A stretch of 64,000 bases of DNA from Octopus vulgaris. Lineage: Eukaryota. Below are positions 52,875 through 64,000 of this stretch, piece after piece; position 1 is the stretch's first letter; every line of letters starts with the position of its first letter. The notes beneath the pieces were generated by a model, which made no database searches, was not told the origin of the DNA, and saw only the letters and a list, made by a program, of their open reading frames with translations. The stretch lies in the NCBI GenBank assembly GCA_951406725.2, contig OX597828.1, positions 29,388,001-29,452,000 of the forward strand. The letters run 5' to 3'. A program made the translations under genes and the position numbers.

Positions 52875-53276
52875 GTGAGTTACTATCCACTCTGGCGCAT
52901 AGTTTTATTCCATCACGGGATTTTTCATTGAGTGTTTTATCTATTTCGGTTACGGTCAGCAATAATATGCAATACATAATAAAAACAATAAATATCAAAC
53001 AATGCCTGAGCACGAAGCTTTCTGCAGTAAGAAAAGGCCTTGAAAAGGGCCAATCCTGCTCTCTGAAAAAAAAAAAAAAACTCGTATGCATTTACTCCCG
53101 AAATAACAAGTCAACATCAATGGGCGTAAGTGCAGTCACAGGTGTAACACCAAAGTTTTCCTTCTCTTAGAAAGATGTCTAAACAGAGATTTGGAGTCTC
53201 TTACTCCTATCTATTGGGTGGCCTTAGACTCTACTGAATTCATCCGCGCTGGTAGTTTTTGTTTTTCGTCCTGCAG

Positions 53277-53321
53277 GTCATCCAACGAAAACAAACTCTC
53301 TTTACTGAGGAGGCTTGGCAG
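53277..53321 (+). CDS. Putative 45-nt internal exon
   Basis: Acceptor TTTTTGTTTTTCGTCCTGCAG|G, donor CAG|GTAAAA; open in phase 2 (RSSNENKLSLLRRLG) and phase 0 (VIQRKQTLFTEEAWQ). Confidence 0.5.
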
Positions 53322-53524
53322 GTAAAATCGCTGATGGCTCGACCATGTGATACATGGCACTGGACTACATGTTACTAGCAGCACTAGGAGTATGCACACA
53401 CACACGCGCGCGCACACACACACACCTGCGCGAGCGCACTCTCTCTTATACACACATATAAAGGTGGATTTTCTTATTGCTTCTCTCAAAACAATGGCAT
53501 GTTATGTATTCATTAGACATATCG

Positions 53525-53945
53525 GCCTAGGAGTGGCTGTGTGGTAAGTAGCTTGCTTACGAACCACATGGTTCCGGGTTCAGTCCCACTGTGTGGCACC
53601 TTGGGCAAGTGTCTTCTACTATAGCCTCGGGCCGACCAAAGCCTTGTGAGTGGATTTGGTAGACGGAACCTGAAAGAAGCCCGTCGTATATATGTATATA
53701 TATATGTAATATATGTGTGTGTGTGTATATATCTTTGTGTGTCTGTGTTTGTTCCTCCAACATCACTTGACAACCGATGGTGGTGTGTTTACGTCCCCGT
53801 AACTTAGCGGTTCGGCAAAAGAAACCGATAGAATAAGTACTAGGCGACCAAAGAATAAGTCCTTAGGTCGATTTGCTCGACTAAAATGCGGATGCTCCAG
53901 CATGACTACAGTCAAATGACTGAAACAAGTAAAAGAATAAGAGTA
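53525..53945 (+). mobile_element. Family A SINE, full length
   Basis: All family A blocks present. Confidence 0.92.
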
Positions 53946-54101
53946 ATTAGCAACTCACTCAAATGCAAGTTTTCGTTTATGCGCCATTTGTCGTCGCCTG
54001 TCGCCTGTCCGTTGAGAAACAGTTTCAAAGCTTCACAGGAAAATACAAAGAGAATTCAGTTAAATGTAAATACATTGTCTATTTTCTATCATTTCTGTGT
54101 T

Positions 54102-54478
54102 ATACTTGTTTAAGTCATTGGACTCTGGCCATGCTGGGGCACCGCCTTGAAATATTTAGCAGAATAAAAATCGAGCTCTGTGCATAATTTTTAAAAGCCT
54201 GATATTTATTCTATCGGTCACTTTTGCCGAACCGCCAGGTTGTGAAGACTTAAAAAAATGTTGACAAGTGGTGGTGTTAGTGGTGGTGGTGGAGGACAAA
54301 CACAAACACAAAGACACTCATGCATATATACTCACATGCATACACACATACTCACAATACTCATACATACATGCATAAAATCACACATACACACACACAC
54401 ATACGCACACATATATATTAATACATGACGGGCTTCCTCACAGTTTCCGTCAACAAAATTTACTCACAAGGCATTGGT
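54102..54478 (-). mobile_element. Diverged family A SINE, 3' part, inverted relative to 53525-53945
   Basis: GGCCATGCTGGGGCACCGCCTT...TTTTGCCGAACCGC...GACGGGCTTCCTCACAGTTTCCGTC. Confidence 0.8.
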
Positions 54479-55017
54479 TATGAAAATTAATGAAAACTGA
54501 TATCATTTCCTTTCGCTGAATGTGACATATCGAGTTCGTTTGAAATTTTGATCAAGTACAGGTGTATACATACATACATACATACATGCACACATACATA
54601 CATGCACACATACATACATACACACATACATACATACATACATACATACATACATACATACATACATACATACATACATACATACATACATACATACATA
54701 CATACATACATACATACATACATAATTAGAATTCTCAAAACCAGAAAGGAGAAAGTTAATTCGAAGATTACAGATCTAGAACTGTAAAAATCTGTAAAAC
54801 TTTCCAAAAGTTTATCATTTAAATATATATGAGCATACCTAAACATGTAACTATATGCACAGGAATATATACACAAAGCAAATCATACAAATCTGCACAC
54901 ATACATATATACATGCATGCATGCACACATACATACATACATACATACATACATACATACATACATACATACATACATACATACATACATACATGCATAC
55001 ATGTATACATACATACA

Positions 55018-55131
55018 AATAAAAATACCCTATTGTTGATGTTGAAATTTCAGTGAAGGAGCCTTGAATCTAGGCTAGAAACCGGTTCTTTCTCTATTGG
55101 CAAGAAATCTTGAAATATAACTGAACAATGA
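55018..55131 (+). mobile_element. (CATA)n-flanked short element with a degenerate hammerhead-like motif
   Basis: TCAGTGA-AGG-AGCCT(tgaatct)AGGCT-A-GAAAC-CG-GTTC; CATA arrays on both sides. Confidence 0.45.
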
Positions 55132-58087
55132 CATACATACATGGATGTATACACGCACACTTACACACACGTACACACACATACACACATACACACATAC
55201 ACACACATGTGAGTGTGTCTGAGTTTGTGTGTGTAGAATAAATAACATTTTCCTTATGATATTTGTAACTTTTTCAATTGTTGTTGATGTCTCGCCCAGA
55301 TCAGTCCTAATTAATACGATCTATGATCACAGGCTTACCAACCGTGACATTCCTTTAGATTGCTTGACATAGTTATATCACGTCGACACATTCCATCTGT
55401 GATAATACCCTCAGTTTTTTTCCCCAAAACATGGCTACTACTTAGAGGCGTTCCAGCCATGACCAGCATGTCTTGTTTTCAAACGGTTAGATGTGATCTG
55501 AGAGAAATTTATTCGCCGCCTGTTCAATAGGTCGAGCGACTTCGGAGAGGTTTCCTCATTAGCATGAACAGTTGTTTAGTCCAGTTCGACCCTGAGAAAG
55601 GAGGCTAATGATCAAAGATATTTCAAGTGTGGTCATTTTATATAAGTGTGCTCTTTTCAAAGTCGACATAGTGTGGTTTGAAGAAAAACTGGTTGCTATA
55701 TTTAGCAAGTAGTGTGACTTCGTAGATTTTCTTTCTAGTTGGTTCTCAGAGAGAAATATTCGGTGCGCTTTCAAAATTTTGAAAAAAGATTTTGCGTTTT
55801 AGTGGAGGGAAAATAAAATATATTGCTATGACTTTCATACCTTTTTCAAAAATATTAGAGCCAATGTTGAGCGTCTACGCGGCTGCTTGAAGTAGCAGCA
55901 AAAATTTGTCCTTACATCTCACAATAACGTCTTAAAAATGCAAGGTCGCATTGCTTAATGCTGTTCTAGACACACTGGCTGGAAATACTGCGTGATCGCT
56001 AGATCTGCTAGAAAGTGCTACCCTATCTTCCTCAAGTAAATATCATTTTTAAGAAGGGATATTGCAGTACTTGTACTAGATAGACAATATATTTAACTTA
56101 TAGGTAACCATTCGACTGACCGGAAATCGTTGCCAAATGTTCCTGAAATTACAGCCTAACGCCTACGAAATGAAAGAATGCATCGAATAATGTAAACTCA
56201 GCTAGACTATGTCTGAAGACAAACATAAAGATTGTTACGGTTAGAACGCTTTATCATCATAAATCTGTCAACCAAGGACGACCTACATCTAGACAATCGT
56301 GGCAACGTCAAAAACATGAATAGGTGTTAGTCAAGTGACATGATTTTAAGCGACAGGTGATGGCTGGCTCAATTTTCTTCTGCAACACTCGTCATATTGG
56401 ACATGACATTTCTCATATTGACACAGAACAAATTATGGGTTGGTGGTAGGAGAGATTTCTTGATTAACATCGACCTCAAAAAATCCATGGAACAAGCATG
56501 ATTTGAACTTAGATCGCAGAAAAACAAACCGAGAATGACGACTGATAAAATTAGCGGAACTGGCTAAAACCGAATATTGTCTGGTCTCCTTCTTTACTGT
56601 TTCAATTTTCGGGGTCTACTTTGTCTTTCAGGGGTTCATAACCTTTCTCTCGATCCCTAAGACCCATGAAGATGATTACCTGGTTTCCGTGACCGAATCA
56701 CAATATTTCTGCCGAATGGGACCCCGGTATCTTACAGAGTAGCAGGCCAGTGATTTTGAGGGGAGGATCATGTTGATTACGTAAACTCTAATACTTCACT
56801 GGAACTTTATTTTATCAACTTCGAAGGGATAAAAGAGAAAGCTGACCGCGGAACGATTTGAACTCAGAAAGTAGAAACGCTGCTAAGCATTTTGTTGTTC
56901 TGGTATCGGAGACTTGGTCCAAATGTTTGCAATAAAGACGACTCCTCAAAAGGCCCTTATGGACCGGGTACATTGCGATGTAGAACAGGGCAAAGAATTA
57001 AGCCTCTTATTCAAGAACAGGAACGATCTATTAAGCCAGCTTGCACAGCTTCTGTCCACCAAATTTCGCCTACATTGATTTGGTCAATCCTAGACTATGA
57101 TAGAAGATACTTACTCACGTTACCACACGGTGGAATTGAACCCGAAATCACGTTGTTTGTGAATCGTTTCTTAGCCATATACCCATGCCTACACGTTGTA
57201 ATGAAAATAATAATCGCTGACATAATTAACGAGTATTTTGTTTTTGTTCAGAAAGAAAGAAAAGTAACAAAGAAGATGGACAACTCACGAAGAACGTAGG
57301 CAGGCTTTTGTCACAATCGTTTGACATTGTAATGGCTGGTGATAGAGTGCACTGTTAAAACTAGGTCTATGACTGGTTGAAAAAACTAGGACACAATTGA
57401 ACTGATCTTTTTAATACACATACACACACATATATATATATAGATATACACCCAGAGACACAGTTACACAATTGTTACACACACATACACTATTATAATA
57501 CGTGTGTTCTATTTTTTGAAACCTGTTGCATGTTCGTCATTAAATTGCGATTTAAAAGTGTCATCGACAGAAATAACAAATTTTCAGGAATTTTAACCTT
57601 TAAGTGAATTGAATTCTTTGCATTTTATGATTTGGCAAAGCAATTGCTTAAGTAATAAAAGGGCTGACGAAAATTACATAAAGAAATTGGCAGTGCCCCA
57701 GCATGGCCACAGCTAGTGAGCTGAAACTAGATAAATAAATAAATAAATAAATAAATTGAGAATATCAAATCTTTTATTTTCTAACTTAATTTTCAAAAAA
57801 AAGCGTTGGTGTATAGAAAATATAGATTTAATCAAATTAAAGGGCTAAATTAAGAATAAATTAATGAAGGTGTGTTATGTAATTATGAACACAGGGTATA
57901 TATTTCTTCTTTTCTTGCTATTAACTAGGAAATTAGGTGGGCTGTGATAAACCCCTTGTGGTAAGATAAAACTGTTGATACAAAGAAACTTCAATTTGGT
58001 TGTCAAGAAAAGTTGTCCGGAAGTCTTTTCCGGAGATTAAGAGTCTTGATGGAATACATATAGATTTATATGTATGTACGTACGTAC

Positions 58088-58118
<31 letters not shown>

Positions 58119-58354
58119 TGTATGTATGTATGTATGTATGTATGTATGTATGTATGTATGCATGCATGCATGTATGTATGTATGTATGTATGCATGTATG
58201 TGTGTATGTTTGTATGTATGTATGTATGTATGTATGTATGTATGCATGCATGCATGTATGTATGTATGTTTGTAGTGTATATACTAATAATAAATGTGAA
58301 AATGTTTTATTATAACTGTGAGTCAACAAGTATTTTTTCAGACTCATATTTAAT

Positions 58355-58404
<50 letters not shown>

Positions 58405-58685
58405 ACACATGCACTTGCACTCTTTCACACACAAACTCACACAAACCTACTCACTATCACGCACACACACACACACACATATGGGCTTTTGTACAATGAA
58501 TCCATGCTACTTCGTATCTACAAAAGTGAACACGTATGTGATTCGATCCATGGAAACATGCGACTTCAGTATAGAAACGAGTTTGGAAAGCAATGAAATT
58601 ATATTCACGATAGGAGAAAATATTTTGCCCTTCTCATAATAGGACCGTGTGAAATAATGCAATGATCTGTGGTTTCATTTTGCAG

Positions 58686-58812
58686 AATGAGTCGTGTTGA
58701 GTTTATTTACGTAGGCCGAAGTGAACGCCCAGACGAGTTATGCCTATCAGACACTTCTAGAGCTTATAGAGTGAAACTGGGACTTTGTACATTTGTGCTA
58801 CACAGATTCTAG
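58686..58812 (+). CDS. Putative terminal coding exon (phase 2)
   Basis: Acceptor TTTCATTTTGCAG|A; only the phase-2 frame stays open (MSRVEFIYVGRSERPDELCLSDTSRAYRVKLGLCTFVLHRF*); AATAAA at 58955-58960. Confidence 0.3.
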
Positions 58813-59126
58813 CTAAAAGATCAACAAATCTCACATCAGTACAGCCGTTGCTCTCAACTGTGTCATATTGCTGTTCTTACTTCACTGTGCTTGTTTAATG
58901 CTGAAAATTTGTGAATAGGAACGTCAGGTATTAGTAAAAAAAATAATAGATATGAATAAAAACCAAAATGCAATAAGCAAAAAAAGAAGTAACAACAGCA
59001 AAACAAACAAACCATTTGCGTTCGATGAGAAACAACCTGGATGTGACTAAAAGCATTTAGCTGATTGTTAGTGAAATCATTATTAATGGAATGTGTGTGT
59101 GTGTGTTTCTGTGCGTATGTGCGTGC

Positions 59127-59217
<91 letters not shown>

Positions 59218-59272
59218 CATACATACTTATATATATATACATATACATATATATATACACATACATACATTC

Positions 59273-59322
<50 letters not shown>

Positions 59323-59394
59323 ATCTATATGTATATATGTGTGTGTATGTATTTATGTGTGTGTAAGTATCTATATGTGCTTGTGTTTCTGTGC

Positions 59395-59425
<31 letters not shown>

Positions 59426-59542
59426 CATACATACATATATATGTGTGTGTGTGTATATATGTATATATGTATATGTGTGTGTATGTATTTCTGTGTGTAC
59501 GTAACTATATATGTGCGTGTGTGTTTATGTGTATGTATATGT

Positions 59543-59601
<59 letters not shown>

Positions 59602-60059
59602 CACATACTCCACGCCATACAAAAGTACAAGTAAATGACATAATTATCTTGGATTGTTTTTCTCTTTCATTGTTAATCCGCCAATTAACTGCTCTGTCGT
59701 ACGTCTATGTCGATTAACCTCTAGAAAGGATTAAATATGATCTTAATTCAAAAAGAAAAAAAAAACAACAACATCAAAAACAAACAAACAATGAAAAAAA
59801 ACCCATCTCGGATTTGCGTAAATTCGTAATGAGATCTTCGTCAAGACACACATCGTCCATTCTTTCGAAGACTTATATAGACAGAGCAACGTGTTTAGTG
59901 AAAAAGTTTAGAACCTGGAACACACTTGTTTGATTCCGGTTTAAGAACTACATGATCTTTCCGGAGACAGAGATAGTTACTTGGTGGCGGGCGCGGGGTG
60001 GAATGTTATGTAGTTTTAATAAGTGTTAATTATTGGACACAGGTATGATTGCATATCGT

Positions 60060-60481
60060 TTATCTTTTACTTCAATCATTGGGCTTCGGCCATACTGGGG
60101 CACCACTTTAAACGGTTTAGTAAAAAAAAAAAATCGGCTTCAGTAGTTCTTTTAGAAGCTTGGTACTTATTCCATCGTTCGCTTTTGCCGAACCACTAAG
60201 TGACGGGGATATAAACAGGCCGGTTACTTGCGATGGTGGGTAGGTACAAGCATAAGCACCAAGACACAAACGCACAAGTATGTACGATGGGCTTCCTTAC
60301 AGTTTTCATCTTACAAGGTTCTGGTTGGTCAAGAGCTATAGTAGAAGGCAACTGCTGACGGTGCTGCGCGGGGGGGGGGGGGGGGTTAACCCGAAGGCAC
60401 GTGGTTGCAAAGCAAACTTCTTAACAATGTGGCAATACCTGATGAATTATTGGTTTAACCACACAGTCATGCTTGCGCCTA
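60060..60481 (-). mobile_element. Diverged family A SINE
   Basis: GGCCATACTGGGGCACCAC...TTTTGCCGAACCACTAAGTGACGGGG...TTAACCACACAGTCATGCTTGCGCC. Confidence 0.8.
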
Positions 60482-60597
60482 TAAGTAAGAAGGTTGTTCT
60501 ACAGGGTTACAGGTCTGACCCGACTGCGTGGCACCTAGCACCTATATCGTGTAAATTAATCTCAGATTAGCCAATAACATGTGAAAGCAGTAGTCCG

Positions 60598-60628
<31 letters not shown>

Positions 60629-60659
60629 CGTGCTTGCGTATGACTAATAATGCGGTTTT

Positions 60660-61335
60660 TTATACTTCAAGATAATCTAAAATATACTCTCCTATATTTT
60701 CTACAACGCTCTTCCATCTTATCTGGTAGATTTGCAAGGACCCTCTTCCAAAATTGTCCATGACAAAAAAATACCCTACCAGTACTGTTCTAACCTCATC
60801 TACAAAATTGATATTTTTTCCATCCAAATAATTTTGAAGACTGATTTTGAAGATTTTTAAATGATAATAAGATGGGGGAATGTCCGGCAAATATGGTGGA
60901 TGGTTCATCGTTTCCCATTGAAACTGCTCCAGTTTTTGGAGTGTCATCCTCGTTGTATGTGGCCAAGCATTATCCTGATGGAAGAACACCTTTCGTTTTG
61001 AAACCAATTTGCTGACTCTTCTGATGGCACGCAGGTGTCGATGAATAGTTGAATCCAAGCTTCTCTGCTAGTTCCTCAACAGTTACGATGGGATTTTGTT
61101 CCACCAGTGTTTGCAGGAAGTTTTCGTCAAACTCTACAGATCTTTCAGGACAAGGCTCGTCTTCTAGGCTGTAGTTTCTGGCTTTGAATTTCTGGAACCA
61201 CTGTTGATAATGACTTACGCTTATTGTCCTATCCCCATATACTGCCTTAATAGTCCCCGCACTTTCCGTTGCGTTGTTGCCTTTCTTGAACTTCTAAAGC
61301 AAAATATGCTGAATATGCTCCTTTGTCACTTCCAT
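60660..61335 (-). pseudogene. Internally deleted mariner transposase
   Basis: MEVTKEHIQHILL*KFKKGNNATES...WFQKFKARNYSLEDEP...TVEELAEKLG/STIHRHLRAIRRVSKL joined directly to VSKRKVFFHQDNAWPH...WETMNHPPYLPDIPPSYYHL...SLQNYLDGK. Confidence 0.92.
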
Positions 61336-61474
61336 TACAGCTTTGAAAAATAACTTAAAACCGAACTTCACTCTTCAAAACCTACACTAAGAATTAGGTG
61401 ATTTTTAAAATTTTCACAAGGGGCCAACACAGATGGGACAAGACAAACATATGTGGGGACATATAACACAAAAA

Positions 61475-61873
61475 TCTTTATATATAAAAGAGAAGTTGTG
61501 TGTCTGTCTCCTACGATTTAGATTCCTAACTACTCCCACATTTTGCGGAGCAGTTTAACCAAAACCGGGTATCTTATAGTCGTGATTCATATCGAGCCCT
61601 TCTGGGTATTAGCGCGCGTCTACGATGAGTCTACGATTTAAAAAAAAAATTACCATCATTTTTTTCCATTTTAATGCATTTTTTCGCTATTATATAATGG
61701 AAGTAACTCTCTAAAAATGTCTACGATGAGTCAACGATTTAAAAAAAAATTTACCATCATTTTTTTTTCCATTTTTAATACATTTTTTTGCTATTTTTTT
61801 GCTATAACTCTCTAAAAATGCTTATATAGTTATTTCCCTTACAAACCCGAGCAACGCCGGGCGATACTGCTAG
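61475..61873 (+). mobile_element. Non-autonomous Helitron with an internal ~100-bp tandem duplication
   Basis: A|TC ... CCCGAGCAACGCCGGG ... CTAG|T; GTCTACGATGAGTC...AACTCTCTAAAAATG unit present twice. Confidence 0.92.
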
Positions 61874-62146
61874 TTAGAAATAAAATTAAAAATAAATTAA
61901 AGCAACTCAATTATGATGACATGTATGATGCATGAAAATGAAAAACATGAAAATGAGCTGCTAGCCCCACTTTTTGCAGCAACACTTACTTCCTTCTGAA
62001 TCCCGAGTCCTTCAAAACATCACGTCCAGTCCGAATTTTTCTCTCAGTTCCTCAAGTCCTACTTTTACCGGTATCCTTTTCAGGCTAGCATCAGTCTGAA
62101 AATGAGTAAAGATAGCTTTTTTTTTCATTTTAATCTTAATGATTTC

Positions 62147-62382
62147 AAATTTTTGCAATAAGGGTGGCTTGGGGGGAAGGGATTAAGTCGATCACATCGA
62201 CCCCAGTGCGTAACTGGTACTTAGTTAATCAATCCCGAAAGGATGAAAGGCAAAGTCGACCTCAGCAGAATTTGAACTCAGAACGTAGCAGCTGACGAAA
62301 TACCTATTTCTTTACTACCCACAAGGGGCTATAGACAGAGCTTTTCGCCTGGCGTGCTAATGATTCTACCATATTGCTGCCT
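62147..62382 (-). mobile_element. Family C SINE containing an internal fragment of its own 3' tail
   Basis: CCTATTTCTTTACTACCCACAAGGGGCTA (tail sequence) sits between GACGAAATA and TTTCGCCTGGCGTGCTAA. Confidence 0.8.
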
Positions 62383-63484
62383 TATTTTAATCTTAATAAT
62401 GTTTACTGTGAGTTACTCTGATATGAGTTTCGAGCTTTAAGTAGCCGTTTTTAAACTTTAATCTTGACTGTCCATAAAGGACAAAATAAAAAGGGGGACG
62501 TTACAAAGACAAGCAATTGCGGGTGAAATCATATAACAATATGAAGATATATATAGTTAAGAATTTATGATAAATGTATATAAAAAACGAACGAGTCAAC
62601 AAATATGGAGTGAGGGACACAGCACGTTCCAACACTAACCCCTTTGGTTTCACTTTTTGATCTCTCCTGATTCGGTTCGTTCACTCTTAACATGCTCGCC
62701 ACGTTCTTCCATCTTTTCCCGAATACTCTAGATGGAAAGCATCTCTTCTTCGGCCTTATTTTCCTTTTAAGGTGGAAAACGAAACAGTTGACCAACCCAA
62801 GGCTGGAGATGAAGATGCCCGCCCGCACACATACAGACACACATATGGTCGAGTTTAATAAATATATTACTAGGCAGTGTATAATAATTCACATTGTGGT
62901 AAACTCACAAATTTCTCTGCTTCATTCGAAAGGATCGATTAGATTCGAGTTTTGTTAAAACCATAGTAAGGATTCTATTACTTTTCCTTTGACTGCCAAG
63001 AAATCGTAGTAATCATTGCCTTGTTGAAGCTAGGCCCGACCTTATTTACACAGCGGTACAAAGTAGGCCTCACATATTTATTAGCTGGCACCAACGCAAC
63101 TTATTTGTGATTACATTTTAAAACATGGTTAAATGTTTAGAAAAACAGCGTAATGATCTCTACGGTCTCTTGGCTATCAAATGACAGTAAGAGAAAACCT
63201 ACGATGGCTTTAACGAAAGCTGAACTTAATTGTTTGGCCGACTCGATTTTTCTCCCCGGTTACTGAGAGGACTGTAGTTTATCCACAGTGTCTTATTCAT
63301 GGCGAAAGACTAAAAATATGTTTATCAAATAAATAGTTTTAACATTGATTATGAATTTGATTCCAAATACGATGTTTTGGTGGACTAATTACTACATACA
63401 TACATGCATACATGCACGCACGTGCACATACATACATGCACCACGCCCCTCCCCACATAAATGTATGTATGTAAGTATGTATAT

Positions 63485-63678
<194 letters not shown>

Positions 63679-64000
63679 GCTTAGAAGGACTGAAACAAAT
63701 GTAACTATTTGAAATCCTAGCTGTGAGAGAATATATAAGAATGAAACATTGTTTCCATGCTTCCACGCTTTTGAGCGAATACGTTTACTTTCTTATGGAT
63801 TTGTTTGGTATGTATATGTATATATGTATATATGTATATATGTGTGTGTGTTTGGGTGTTTAGGTGTGTGTGTGTGCGCGCGCGTGTGTGTACGTATGTA
63901 TGCATATGTGTGTGTATATCTGTGTTACTATGTGTGTACGTGTGCGTGAGCGTGTATGTGTATAAAATAGAAAGATACGAAGAGAGAGAGAGAGAGAGAG

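Overview
Eukaryotic, AT-rich, repeat-dominated DNA. The SINE families and extreme microsatellite load point to an octopus (coleoid cephalopod) genome; this is inference, not a database result. No long intact gene is visible, and almost all listed ORFs are translations of microsatellites or repeats. Supported content: many tRNA-derived SINEs (CORE-like and Meta-like domains, with shuffled modules and one nested insertion), decayed RTE and CR1-group LINE tails, a Penelope-like RT/GIY-YIG remnant, three mariner transposase remnants, three Helitrons, two TTAA piggyBac-type MITEs, an 87-bp mariner-type MITE and several local duplications. The most interesting signals are: (i) short, mostly microsatellite-embedded non-coding elements carrying minimal hammerhead-ribozyme motifs, including two copies with a U4C core variant and a compensatory stem II change, and one canonical motif boxed by inverted repeats; (ii) a unique pre-miRNA-like hairpin at about 31.3 kb; (iii) splice signals that assemble a possible 63-aa MGASCS-starting (acylation-motif) microprotein at 52.9-58.8 kb. 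All coordinates were read by eye, so repeat ends may be off by a few to tens of bases.
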